64,000 nt of DNA from Tubiluchus corallicola. Lineage: Eukaryota > Animalia > Priapulida. Each line of letters starts with the position of its first letter. Within the stretch, counting starts at the first letter, position 1. The stretch is taken from NCBI GenBank assembly GCA_030141605.1, contig JAQGDQ010000155.1:62001-126000 (forward strand), given 5' to 3'. Below are positions 14,169 through 26,818 of the stretch, in pieces. Below the pieces are notes generated by a model. It was not told the DNA's origin. It saw nothing but the letters and a program-made list of their open reading frames with translations, and searched no databases. Both the position numbers and the translations under genes were made by a program.

Positions 14169-14380
14169 TTATTATTATAAGTCTTTTATTAAACAATAAA
14201 TACATTGTTTCCCCTCTATTTGCAGGGTTCTTTTACAAAATATTAATTTACAATAACAAGATTTTACATAATGCCAATTTAGAATAATTTAAAATACATA
14301 CATAGTTTACCCTATAATATATACAATATAACGACTAACTGTTTATAATACCTGTTTTTCTGTATACAATTTGAATTAAT

Positions 14381-17300
14381 TTATAGCAATTTTTTTCGCA
14401 AAACATCTCTAATAATATTTACATATGCCTGGCACACATCTTCATCTCTGTTTAAATAAATTTCGCTTATGTTGGCTGATGGCAGAATTTGTCTTAAATT
14501 TATCCGAAATTGATGGTCTACCAAGTCACAGTCAAATATAATGTGTTCTGGTGTTTGAGGAGTTGCATTATTACAATAACAACAATCTGTATTTTGTTCG
14601 CCTATTCTATACCGAAATGATTTAGTTCCCCTATTTAAAAGTAAGTTTAGTGCAGTTGTTTCAATAAGCCTATCGTAATGCGTTAGTGGTAGACACAGTG
14701 GCGTTAACATAGGTGTAGGTCTATCTTGTGGTAAATTTGTTATTTGGGTACAATAATAAAATCTTCTTTCCCATTGGGTTGTTAAAAATTTCGAGCCATC
14801 CTTTTTTCTATAAATAAAGTTTTCTCTCGGGAGATTTGACAATGTTTGATTTCTCATATTTGTGTCCTTTGTAATCTTCAAGAAAGACTTGGTAGTTGCC
14901 AGGTGAATTTTTACAGGATGCACACAATATCTAGCATTATTTGGCATGGTTTCACATATAGCAATTTCCTTCTTAAGTAGATCATTATCTGGATTGGCTA
15001 ACACCTTTAACATAAATTTACTACATATGTTATCATACGTTATATCAATGGGAGGCACGCCACAAATATGCTGGATTTCATTTTTGCTAGGATTGTAACC
15101 TACACCCGCTGCTGTTTTGACAACATCATACCACAGGTCTTCAAAATAACTATGCTTTTTGACCATCCAGGCAATTGACCCATAGAAGACGGTAGGTACA
15201 ACAATTATTTCAAACAGCTTTAAAATGGTGGACATTTTCATACCTTTATACTTGAAAGATAACTATTTAATGTTGTGCCACTTTTTCCAAGCTTTTTGTC
15301 TAATTTTAGCAACATGTTTGTCAAAACTTATTTGTTTGTCGACAGTTATTCCCAGACATTTAGTATTATTTACATAACATATCGACTTTTGCCCAATTTT
15401 TAGCGATGGTATGGTATTTTCATTGACATTGCCAAATATAATAGCCTCAGTCTTGTCTACATCACAATTTAAAATTTGCCTCCACTTTTGGCACCACTCG
15501 TACAATTTATCACAACATTGCTGTGCAATATCCTGACAGACCTGAGCAGAAACAGCAGAAATATAAACTGTGCCATCATCGGCATATTTAAACTTAGCTA
15601 AGTTTTGATTAAAATCCAGTTCATTAAACATGTCTGCTATGTAGAATATAAACAATAAAGGGGACAAAACCGAGCCTTGAGGGACTCCTATATGGCATCG
15701 ATATTCTGCTGATATAAATTCATTTACCTTCATCACAATTGTCCTATTTTTTAAAAAACTACAGATTACATTCAGCAGGTTGCCTTTGATACCAGACTGT
15801 ATCAGTTTAAAAATTAAGCCATTTATCCACACACTGTCAAACGCTTTCTGGAAATCGCAGAATATCCCAATACCGAGTTGCCCTTCAAGTCTCTTTCTCT
15901 CGATAACTGAAACCAGCCTTAGTATATAACGGTTTGTATTATGCCCTGGCTTGAACCCTTCCTGTTCTATATCAATAATATTATGATCGTTAAACCACTT
16001 CCTCAACCGGTTTTCAATAAGTTTCTCAATTATTTTGCTGAAGTAAGATGAAATAGTGATGGGCCTGTAGTTCGATGGGCTACTGTAGTCGTTTTTACCT
16101 TCTTTGCGTATGAAAACTACTTTTGCTTTTTGCCAAGGCCATATTCCTTTCGTTAAGCACAAATTAGCTAGGTTGAGAAGTACACTTTTCCCCCAAAACC
16201 CAGTGTGCTTTACCATGAGCGGGTGGTTTCCGTCAATATCCATACTTTTATCATTTACTTTCACATTGTTTATCGCAAATTTTAATTCATTCATAGTGAA
16301 GGGTTCATTATACCAAACGTTATATGGTTCTTCAAAATTTATGCCTTGCACTTCATTCTCTATACGGTGATACCATCCCTGATCAAAATTACTTCCCCTA
16401 AAATGCGCCCCAGCAAAAAACGTGTTATACAATATCTTACATTTATCTTCATCTTTTACATAATATTTTCCCTGCCATTTCAACACAGCAACCTCATTCT
16501 GGCAATTTTCAACAAACACTTTTTTATAAGTTTTCCAGAAAGCTTTGCCTTGCTGGACATTTAAGTTGACAGTATTACTAACAACCCAGTCATTTAACTC
16601 TGCTGCTAATATGTTTTCAAACTGAGTCTTTTTATCAAGATATGCACTCACATTGACATAATTGGAGTGTCGCTTGTAGTTCTTTCTTAGTTGTCTGAGT
16701 TCTCGTGATAGTTCAGATAATTGTGGTGTCCAAAATGGCTTGCTGTGTGTGCAGATACGTTTTGTCACTAACGCTTCACTACAGCTTTCCTGAACAGATT
16801 GTAAAAAGAGTGTCCACACGGCCTCTGCATTGTTGTTTTCTAACTCTGCAACAATTCTGGTGAAACACTGTCTTAAATTATTTTCAAGAGCTGCTGACCA
16901 TTGAGTCCAATCACTATTTTTAAAGTCATAGCGGACCTTAGTATTCTCAGGTTTTGGACCACCTGCTCTAAACTCAGTAATTACAGGAAAATGTCCCATT
17001 TGCGGTGCTCCTGTAAACAGCTCAACGTCAGTGTGCACTGTTTGTGTTAAAATACCATTTGCGCTACATTTTGATGCTAAAATGATATCTATGATGCTCT
17101 TCCCGGTTATCGATTGAAAAGTTTCTATGTTGGGCGCAATAACGGCTAAGTCCATATTATTATCTGCAAGTAAGTCGTTTATAAGTCTTCCATGAGTGTT
17201 CAAGTTGTTGTCCCATGCATAACTACGCGCGTTTAAGTCTCCAACGGATAAAAAATTGGTTATGCCATGAGTCTCGGCAAATTTATAAGCATTTTTAATA

Positions 17301-17686
17301 TTCTTCACATATATTTCCACTAGCTGAGGAGTGTTAGGAGTTATATATATAGAGTTTATCAAATATTTCCTGCCATAAATGTATGCGATAGCCCAGACAG
17401 TATCTAACTCAGGAGGTTCCAGTTCAGGCACTCTGCAGCTGGTGAAGCCAGTTCTAATCATTAGACCACTCCCACCAGAATATCCTTTGGATGGCTTTGC
17501 GTAACTGATGTAGTTGGATAAAGATACTTGCGCTATATCTTTCTCAAGTACTTTGATCTCCTGTAAGGCCACAATATCACATTGATGATCATTGACAAAT
17601 GTATCAACGGCTAATTTCGAGTGATTAGAAAATTTGTTTATGTTTATTTGACACACCTTCAATGTGTTGTTTATACTAGCAAACAT
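14381..17686 (-). pseudogene. LINE ORF2 (AP endonuclease + reverse transcriptase + C-terminal CCHC), 1101 codons with one in-frame TAG at 15263-15265
   Basis: APE motifs QININ, LQE, GDLNA, IDII; RT motifs YRPITI, QEGFK, DFQKAFDSV, GVPQGSVLSPLLF, YADD, CLGI; CYC..TPEHIIFDC; the 807-aa and 286-aa ORFs are in the same frame (..HNIK*LSFKYKGMKM..). Confidence 0.92.
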
Positions 17687-18926
17687 GGCATGTGTCGTCT
17701 ACTTCCCCATTTATGCGAGCTTGCTCCTGTTTGTAGATAGGGCAATCCCTTGACCAAGATCTGTGACCACCTTTGCAGTTTTTGCACTTTTCTTCGTCAT
17801 TTTTGCAATCATCCGTCTTATGATTTTCTGCACAGTTTCCACAGACCACTTTGCGAGCGCACCATTTTGCGACATGACCATAACTGTAACAATTGTAGCA
17901 AATCAATGGCCTATTTTTGAACACAAATTTCTCCACACCACAATACATTTTTCCAACTGGAATACCTTCTCGCATTGCCAAATCGAGGTCTTTCTCTGTT
18001 GCAAATGTCACTTTAACCAGTGGTAGGGGTGATTTGTCTTTCCGTTTAAATCTTTCAATTTTGGCATTACAAAATGCACGACAAATGTCCGCTTTTATCT
18101 CATCATCTGTTAATGACGTATCGCAGTCTTTGAGAAGACCGATTGCGTTTTGTTTTGGTTTCCTTGCTGCAGTCTCGGTACCAAGGAAATTTTCTCTCCA
18201 ACCCTCTACAATGCCATTAGCTTCTTCCTCACTTCTGAGCTGTATTTGAATTTTTCCTCTAGCTGTCTTATAAGCTGTATCAAACCTGAATCTGGGAAAT
18301 TTCTCACTAAGGTGTTTTTTAATCGACATACTGTTCCTAACTATTTCTTTGCTTTTTACGTTCTCGATAATTACCGTACACTCAGGCTTGTACCGCACAT
18401 TTGAAGCAATGCTGTCAGTCTTGCGGGCGGATCTATAAGAGGGCGTCGTCATAGCACTGTCACTTTTGCCGCTAATTAATTTGAGCTGTTGCTTTCCTAG
18501 GCTGTCTTTCACTGCTGAGCTGTATGAGACACCAGGCTTACTATTGGTTAGTTTCTTTACATTGTCATTTAATGCCTCTAATTCTCTGTCCACACTGGTC
18601 AATTTTTCTAGTACTAATTTTTGAGCTGACCACTCATCGTTTTCTAAGAGCCAATTTAACATATACTGTAGTTTTCGCTGGCTTTCCTCTTGCTCAACCA
18701 ATTCCAGTATTTGGGCCTTTAAAGTTTCAGTGCTATTGCTCTGACCATTTGCGTTTGTTTTTGTAAGAGAAATTGAATTAACCCTTTCTCTGTACGTTTC
18801 AGGCTGGTCTGTACAGGCTGATTTATCAAAACACCAGTCACAGATTACTATTGATACAGTTTTCTTGTTGACAGGCTTTTTTGCATTCCTACACAGAACA
18901 CAGCTTTTCCTCTCGCCATCAGCCAT
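17676..18926 (-). CDS. LINE ORF1 gag-like nucleic-acid-binding protein, 416 aa
   Basis: Three C-terminal CCHC knuckles (CYNCYSYGHVAKWC, CGNCAENHKTDDC, CKNCKGGHRSWSRDC), coiled coil, SYSSAVK motif, N-terminal CxxC..CxxC. Confidence 0.92.
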   Translation of the reverse strand: MADGERKSCVLCRNAKKPVNKKTVSIVICDWCFDKSACTDQPETYRERVNSISLTKTNANGQSNSTETLKAQILELVEQEESQRKLQYMLNWLLENDEWSAQKLVLEKLTSVDRELEALNDNVKKLTNSKPGVSYSSAVKDSLGKQQLKLISGKSDSAMTTPSYRSARKTDSIASNVRYKPECTVIIENVKSKEIVRNSMSIKKHLSEKFPRFRFDTAYKTARGKIQIQLRSEEEANGIVEGWRENFLGTETAARKPKQNAIGLLKDCDTSLTDDEIKADICRAFCNAKIERFKRKDKSPLPLVKVTFATEKDLDLAMREGIPVGKMYCGVEKFVFKNRPLICYNCYSYGHVAKWCARKVVCGNCAENHKTDDCKNDEEKCKNCKGGHRSWSRDCPIYKQEQARINGEVDDTCHVC

Positions 18927-19612
18927 TTAGGCAATCAGGAGAAACCAGTTTGTGTTTATTTCACGACCAGTCTGCGGCCAGAGAAACTGGAAAGGGAATG
19001 GAAGACAAAGAGAAACAATGCAAGATAAAAGGGTAGAAAGTTTTCCTGGAAAACAATAGCAGTGTAACAGAATTATTTTAGTTAGGCAATGTTCACATTT
19101 TTACTGTAATATAACTTTAACTGCACGTATAAAGCGTCTAATGACGTCATCATCGCCTTGAGACGTTTTTACAAAAGTTGCTTGTTTACCATGACAAGTG
19201 AGACGCTGGAGACAACAAAATCATTAAATTTCTAATAAAAAGCCTTTGAACCTTTCTCTGGCTTCGTTGTCACAAAACTTGAAAGATTTTCTGAACATCT
19301 ACTAGCATCCTTAGACGATTGACTATTCTATATAATCTTTCGAATAAATTCATCTTCTCAGTTGCCATGGTGATGACAATAAAAGTATTTTAAAGAGAAA
19401 TGAAACGCTGAGGTAAACTATGTCACATTACTGTAATGGCAAATTTCGTTGAATTCCTCATCATTTTTTTTTGAACTCGACAGGGTTTTGGGAATGTGGG
19501 ACGTTTTAGGAGCACTGGGAGGACAAGTAATCGGTTTTTAAACATACATTTAATGGCTTTTGTTAATTGTGGAACTGAATGTTGCTTCTAATAGTTGAGA
19601 TATTGGAAATAG

Positions 19613-20439
19613 CAAGGGCGTAGCGGGGTAAATGTTACAAACACATGAAAGATGTACATTTCATTTATTGATTGATGAATAATGTAATAATGATAAAAGC
19701 TTAAACCTGTGGAGACAGACAATAATTCAAAACATAGAAAAAGAATAATAAAGTCTAAAGGGGAGGGTTTTTAAAATAACAAAAATACATGTACAAAACA
19801 CGCTAAAGAACTTAGACATTTCCTCCCACCAAAAATGTGAAAAAATACTGGACTATTGTACTTAATGTTAATGAAAATATGAAAAACACCGAACAAACTA
19901 GATGTTCAGCATTATGACTTTTCGAATTGCGAAGTTTCTTATGATCTCTTCAACAAGTGCTTCGGTGTGCTATCTTTCAATAGAAAGAATTGCTAAATTA
20001 GTGAATCTGTGTTTGCTCATGGTTGAGCGAAGATAATTGTATATTAATTTCAACTTAGAAAAACTCTACTCGCAGCTAACCATGCTGACAGCTTTTGCCA
20101 AAAATACCCTCAGTAATATCGTCAAGTTTGGCGCTGAATTTTGAAAACCATATTTAATTATGAACCTTAGGAGTTCTAGAGGCCCTTTTTCTCTTCAAGA
20201 AAATGCTTAGTCTCTTCCTCTTTCATTTCTGCCATATTGACATTTTCGAATTTCTCGTCTTCAAATTCAAATTCGCCTGTGGCCCAGTTTACGAGAGTGT
20301 TACGCCAACCGGCCAATTTCAAAATTCAGGCATTTGGGAAAGAAACTATCATCAAAAAATATCTCAAAATCACAAGAAAGTAATAAAATGATAGTATCGG
20401 TCGCTCTGTGTGGTCAGCACACCCCATGCTACGCCCCCG
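19613..20439. mobile_element. hAT-like non-autonomous element
   Basis: TIRs CAAGGGCGTAGC / GCTACGCCCCCG; degenerate 8-bp flanks ggaaatag / caaaatcg. Confidence 0.55.
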
Positions 20440-23248
20440 CAAAATCGGCAAAAGGAGTCTAATTTTGGCATTCTACTCAGAGAGATTGATTGTGCAATAA
20501 CAAAAACTTATTCCACTTATTATGTTCAATAATTGTAGAAATAGACAATATCGATTTACTGTAAGTAGTGTTAGTAATGGCACTTGGCAATAAAGTCTCT
20601 GAAAGACATTGGTTTATAATGTACTGCATAAAATCAGTGATGTACTGTCTAGAGAATCATACTGCTAATTACACAGTTATCCCCTACCAGATAGTCTGGA
20701 GCGTTGCTTGGGCCCTTCATTCAAATGGAAATCAACTACCCAATATTTTAATTGATTTCTTCGTTAATAAGCTCGTTTACAACATTAAAAATGGGCACCC
20801 CAAGTCCAGTTCCCTCTCCTTGTGTCTCACATTCACTTACCTCAAAGTTTTTCCTGGCTTCTGTCTAATGTATGTTTTTCTTCTATAAGCTGGAACCAGT
20901 CAAAATAAACATAATATCCAGATCGAATCAGAGCTTGTTTTTACACAGTGTGTGTCCACTTACTAAGTGTGGCCTAGAGCAATGGCCAGAAGATCTAGAC
21001 TAGGTCCAGCGGGAGCCACGGCTATCGATTTGCAGACCAATTTTTCTTACTTTACAAGCCTTTGCTGTCTATACGTGTTGGCTTTCTGATGGTGGTGATC
21101 TTGCATTTCCAAATCAGGTGCTGGCTGCTGGAATGAGCAACCGGGAAGTGCATATTTTTCTGGAGCAAAAGAAACAAAAACCGACAACAAAAAAAGAAGG
21201 AACCGTTAGGTGAGGAACGTGGGTTTTGGCCATTATTAGTAACAGGAACAAGAAGAAATCGGGACGAAATCTAAAAACACGAAACAAAAGATTATATCAT
21301 TGCATGGAATAGTACCAGATAGAATATAACGCCAGTTGCTGCTCATAAATACAAACTATTTTGCCATTTAAATAATTTTTCCATGTCTTTCATTCAGTAT
21401 TTCAATGTAAAGTCACATGTACAAAGCAAGCTGATCAATGCAGAAGAACAAATACAGTGCTATCTATAAATTATCGAAGTCAATACTTTTGTTACAGTGT
21501 TTAAAATGCTATAAGTGTGTGAAACAGAGTATCACAGTGCATTGCAATGTGCGTAAAATGCTTGACAGCTAAATTCATCTCGGTTTTACTTACTACATTT
21601 TCATGGAAGTTACAGTTAATCGTGCATAAACTGTTTGCCATTTAAAGTCATCTCAATTTTATTTATTACATTCTCGCACACAAATGCCTAACAAGTTTTG
21701 CAGTAGAATTTTCAATTTATTGAAACTAACACTTTTGCCACTTGTTAAAAAACATTGTAATCACTACAATGCTGCAATACCACATTGAAATTGCTGGGTC
21801 TTCATGGTAGCTTATTAAGACACGTTCATTAAGCGCAGCTAGCCACATCTCTGGGGTGTCTGCACCACTCTCAGTAATAAGTCAGCAAATTGCTCATCTC
21901 CCAGCAGACTTGAACTTCGTCTCAATGCAGTTCTAACTGCTTATTATATTTGTACCAGTTGGCTCGTCCGTAGATGGCTTATTAGGAAATTACGCTGACT
22001 TTTACATGATTGGGTACAGGGAAGAATGAGTTGGTCAACGTTCTGAGCACATGAGATACTGCCGGACGGTTTTGAACTTGCTGTTGTATGGTTGCCAATC
22101 CCAGAACGCAAAGTGCCAACATCTTGTTTCTTGCACACTTTTCAATCAAGTAATAGTTTTCTTCAAGTCCTTTAACTTTGGCCAAATCTTGTATTGGGCC
22201 AACACCAAACCACAAAAAAAACACTACTACTACTGATATGTTATAAACAAAACTATTCCTAATGTCATTATGGTATGCATCCAAAGTCGCACTATGTAGT
22301 GTTTGGTTGTGTGCGACGCGTCATAATAAAAAGGGAAGTTTGTTAAGCGCCATTTCTGAGTTAGACATTGTTCCATGGTATTACGGATGTGGTACATACT
22401 TGTGATGAATGCATTTGCAGTGCAATACGTATTCCATCCGTACTACCATGAAATAATAGTACATCAAACGCAGAAATGGCACTTAACGAACTTTTCTTTT
22501 TATTATGATGCACCGCACCCAATCAACCCGTACAGCATGAGGCCATTACAGCTAATTTAAATGCAAGGCAAAATTGTGACCATATCAACAATTGTTTTTA
22601 TAGTTTTGCTTTGCTTTACATTTGGAACAATGTTTTAGATTATACCAATAATACTTTTTTGATTGTGTAAGAGACTATTCTCTTCTCTCTACTCTTCTGT
22701 ATGCAGTTAAAGTGTCTTTGTTATGTCAGAGTCGAAACTTACGCAAGTAGAAGATATGTTGTCATTTTACGTGCTGGGATTTACAGCAGTATTTATTAAA
22801 AAAAAAGTTGCTTTTTAACCGACTTTAGTAATTTAACGGATCTGTAGTAATATAGGCATGGTGCTACGTCAACTTTGCTTGCTCTGTGGTGCTAATATTC
22901 GTCGTACATAAAGTTAGTGCCATCTGGTGACAAAAAAGTAATTGTCTGCTTTGAACTATAAAATCTATTTAAAAAAAGTCAACATTGTCATCCAAGTTTT
23001 CATTTTGAAAATCTCGTAAATGGCTAATGGCTAATTTTTAACGTAGTTGGAGGAATTTTTCTCTGTTATCAATGGACAGTGCTTTCCCATCATTCAACAT
23101 GGCTGAGTTAATACTCCTTGTTTCATGTATGGCGAACTGTTCTGCAGTTTTTGTGATTTTCGCTATTGCTTGCGTAAAATTACAGATCCAGCTTTGTATC
23201 CGTTTCTGATATTGCACGCAGAAAATATATCTCCTTCTTGTTTTCCAG

Positions 23249-23558
23249 GTAGCAAAATGAATTTGACAAGAACTAGTTTATGACTGTCTGCGGAGTCATG
23301 GAAACACCAGGGACAAAACGAAGGACTATATGCTGTGCTAGTAAGGCAAGATGGCTGACTTCTGTCGTGTTTTTGTTAAACCTGACTCACTGTCGAGGTT
23401 TTGAAACGAACGATTTACCGCAGATTTTTTCCAGTGGTGCCGAGGAAGCTAGCATAAGCGTGTTGTGGGGCGTCCCAGATGCAGAGACATCTGTTGGCAA
23501 AGTTTTTAAATATAGAATACCGGATGATGCATTTAAAGGCCAAATAAAAAATCTTCAG
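23249..23558 (+). CDS. DAG1: Dystroglycan first coding exon (5' UTR part 23249-23279; signal peptide and start of Ig1)
   Basis: Acceptor ttttccag at 23241-23248, ATG 23280 (alternative Met 23298), hydrophobic WLTSVVFLLNL, donor cag|gtaagc at 23558. Confidence 0.9.
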
Positions 23559-26500
23559 GTAAGCCAATTATTAACATTTTCTATAAAAAAGGAATGCCAT
23601 CAACAGCAATTAACATTAGGGATTCTACAGATCCTGTTTTGCCGGTTCCGGATCGGATTCGGATCTGTATGTGATGTAAATTATATTTCAAATTTTGTTC
23701 ACCTTTTCGCTCATGTGGTTGCATTGCCTGTCAGTTTTCAGGATCACTCAGTAATTTTAACTGGAACCACTGCAAACATTATTGATGTACTGTATTTTTG
23801 GAAACTTGATCCACACTTGGTTTAAACTAAAAATGCGAAAAACTCTGTCGAAGTAAACGACTCTAAACTTTTAGCAGACGTTTTTGCAGCAATAGCGCTG
23901 TCTTTTGCACTATGTGAGTGTGAAGATTGCTGGTATCGCTTGCACTACAATCATGGTGGTATAAAAACTAAGCAATACTTTCATAAATTTCTGAAGATTT
24001 TAATAGAGATCCTTCATATTCTGTAAAAAAAATTAAAACTATTCAGGTAATTAAACTGTTATGTATATTTTTCTTATCCACTCTAATTTTTGTTCACAAG
24101 CGGTGCGTATTCGCTAGTTTTACACATATAAAAATAGAAATACAAACAATGTAGAATCCGACAAAAATTTCTGCCCGATCTGGTTTGGATCCAGGTCCGT
24201 TAAAATTGCCGGATATCGGGACGCAGATCTGGTGCATCACTAATTAAAAACTGAACTTCTAAATAAGCCACATGTAGACATTCTTTCTGATACTACTTGG
24301 GCATAAAATTGAATGGATTACTTTTTTTCCTCTTCCCTTTTCTTTCCTCCTCTTCTCTCCTCTCCTCCCCTACCCTTTTCTCCTCCTCTCCTCTTCTTTT
24401 TAATTTTTCATTTCTTCCCTCCCTCCCTTTCTTTTTTTATAAGGCATCTGCCCTTAGCATTTTAAGCCAGTTAACTCCCTCCCAGGATCTTCTCAACATC
24501 TCATCTGCAGGCTATCCCCCCACCCCCCTGCAAGAATGAATGCGTCCTACAATATTCATTAAGTATTGTTTTCCAGGGCAGCCATCTGTCTTGGGACAAC
24601 AATCGTATTCGCAAATGATTGCTATTTAATTGCCTGCCAGGCTCCAATAATGCGAGCAGCAATTATTTAGAAGCTCTTCAGCATGCTCTATTGTTTCTTA
24701 ACGTTGGCCTGAGCACGTTCTCTTGTTTATTCATCTGTTGTAAGGCATGTTCTATTGCTGCAATAAATTATATGTAACAATGATAAAAATGAGATACATT
24801 TTGCATTCTCTCCCCAGCTCTTTCTTGCTCTCACTGTCTTGCTGCCTCCTCTCTCTCACTTTTTCCACCTTTCTCTGTCTCTGTTTCTCTTTTTCTTGTT
24901 CTCTCCACTCTCCTTCTCCCATCTCTCTTTCTACCTCTTTCTCCACCTTTCATTCTCTTTTTGTTCTCGTCTGTCTCTTTTGTTCACTGTATCTTTCTTT
25001 CTCTTTCTACCGCTTTCTCTATCTTTCATTCTCTTTTTTGTTTTCGTCTGTCTCTTTTGTTCACTGTATCTCTCTTTCTACTTCTTTCTCTATCTTTCAT
25101 TCTCTTTTTTGTTCTCATTTGTCTCTTTTGCTCACTGTATCTCTCTTCTCGTCTGTCTCTTTTGCTCACTGTATCTCTCTTCTCTCTCTTTTGCTTCTTA
25201 TTTCTCTGATTTCTCCTCTCCTAAAAAACTTAGCTGTTTTAAAGGACTTTATTATTTTCATGTGATACATTGATTGATAGAATGATAGTCACACAATAGT
25301 GCTCGCTGAGTGCTAGGCTGTCAGCAGCTTATATGCTCATCTCTAGCATGTAACTTTGAAAATTTTTGATGAACTTTCGTGCCTTTTGTCAAGCCGTCTG
25401 ACTTGTAATTGTAATATTGAGCGTTTATGCTTTCAAAAGCCTTTCAAATAAATTCGTTTTTATGAGTAACCCCTTCACAGTCTTGAGGGCAGAAGCAAAT
25501 TGTAAGGGGTGCAAACAGGAGGGAAGAGGGGGCAATAAGATTCAGCTGTTACATCATTGTAGATTTGTTGTAAGAACCAGATTTGGTGAAATTTAATTCT
25601 CTTATCGAATTTTTTGGCTTGCTTCTAAATATTTTATGTGTGGGAGTAGGCTGTTTTAAAGCTGTAGGCTAAAGTAAACCAATTTAAATATCACTTTGCA
25701 TTTGCTTTTGCTGTTGATATTACTGAAGTGGAGTAAAATAGAGCTAATTTTTCATTTTAGTTTTTATCAGTATAACAGTTGTTTATTAATTTTTACCATG
25801 TAACTAGACTGTGTAGATTATATTCTAACGATGTGTTCAGACTAGCAAGTTTTCTATTGCGATTTTTCTCTCTGACAGCAAAGTCGCAGGTGTGAACTGT
25901 TTTACGAGTTACTGCCGGCAAGTTATTGCAAACTCTCCCACAATTGCAGCTAGTCCTTTTCTTGCGAGTTGCTGTCTAGTGTGAAAAACTTGGTGAGTTA
26001 CTTTGGACACTTCTTGCAGTGAACAGCAAGGGAGTGTCAGCTCACGCTTTCTGTCGGAGAGTAATTCGCAGCAAGTTTTGCTCTCTAGTCTGAACATGCT
26101 TGTGAGTTATTTGGCAAGAAAACTCATTAGTCTGAATGCACCATAACCTATATTGGTACAGCTAGGTATGTAAAAATGATGCAAATGACTTTTTGTAAGA
26201 ACTTTTTATGATTTACTAACATCGATTACGGAAAAACACCCCAAATACGACATTTTTAACCAAATGATTGCCAATCATAAACGTTCTCTCAATTTAAGCA
26301 TTTTTGATCTATGTAAAGTTTGCTATGTACCAATGTTTATCTAGTTAGTACGTCAAAACATTCTCCCCTGCAAATAGAGGGCTCTTTTTATATTTTTAAT
26401 TATTTTGTATATATATATGTATTGTATCTGTACTTATATTTTATTTTATATTATAAATAAAAGATTTTGAGTGAATGAATAAATTTTCTATGCAACGTAA

Positions 26501-26731
26501 TACAAAATAAAAAACATGGTGAAAATTTGTTAATTGTTAGCGAATCGTGGTGTTAAAAATGCATTCATCCAGCTAATTTAATAGGATGTCAGTTTCTGAG
26601 TTCTGAATTGAATTGCATTGTTGCAATTATCGTCTCACAGATGGCAGCAGTAACTCGTCTGAAATTCCGATTTTAACATTTGTGCTGCCACTGGTGATGA
26701 AATTTCACTTATTAGGGTAACTTACAACTGA

Positions 26732-26818
<87 letters not shown>

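Larger units (their letters stand above)
14164..19000 (-). mobile_element. Non-LTR retrotransposon (APE-type LINE, I/Jockey-group-like architecture, no RNase H), near full length; 5' end not defined
   Basis: ORF1 plus ORF2, AT-rich 3' UTR with AATAAA (about 14185-14190 on -) and a short (TAA)n-like tail at 14164-14178 abutting (GA)n; no TSD found. Confidence 0.93.

Noticed and set aside
14381-15241. Separate third ORF of the retrotransposon
   Set aside because: Same frame as ORF2, 7 codons after a single TAG; it is the ORF2 C-terminus
24747-25273. Hydrophobic multi-TM-looking ORFs (also 33503-33841)
   Set aside because: CT-rich intronic low-complexity tracts
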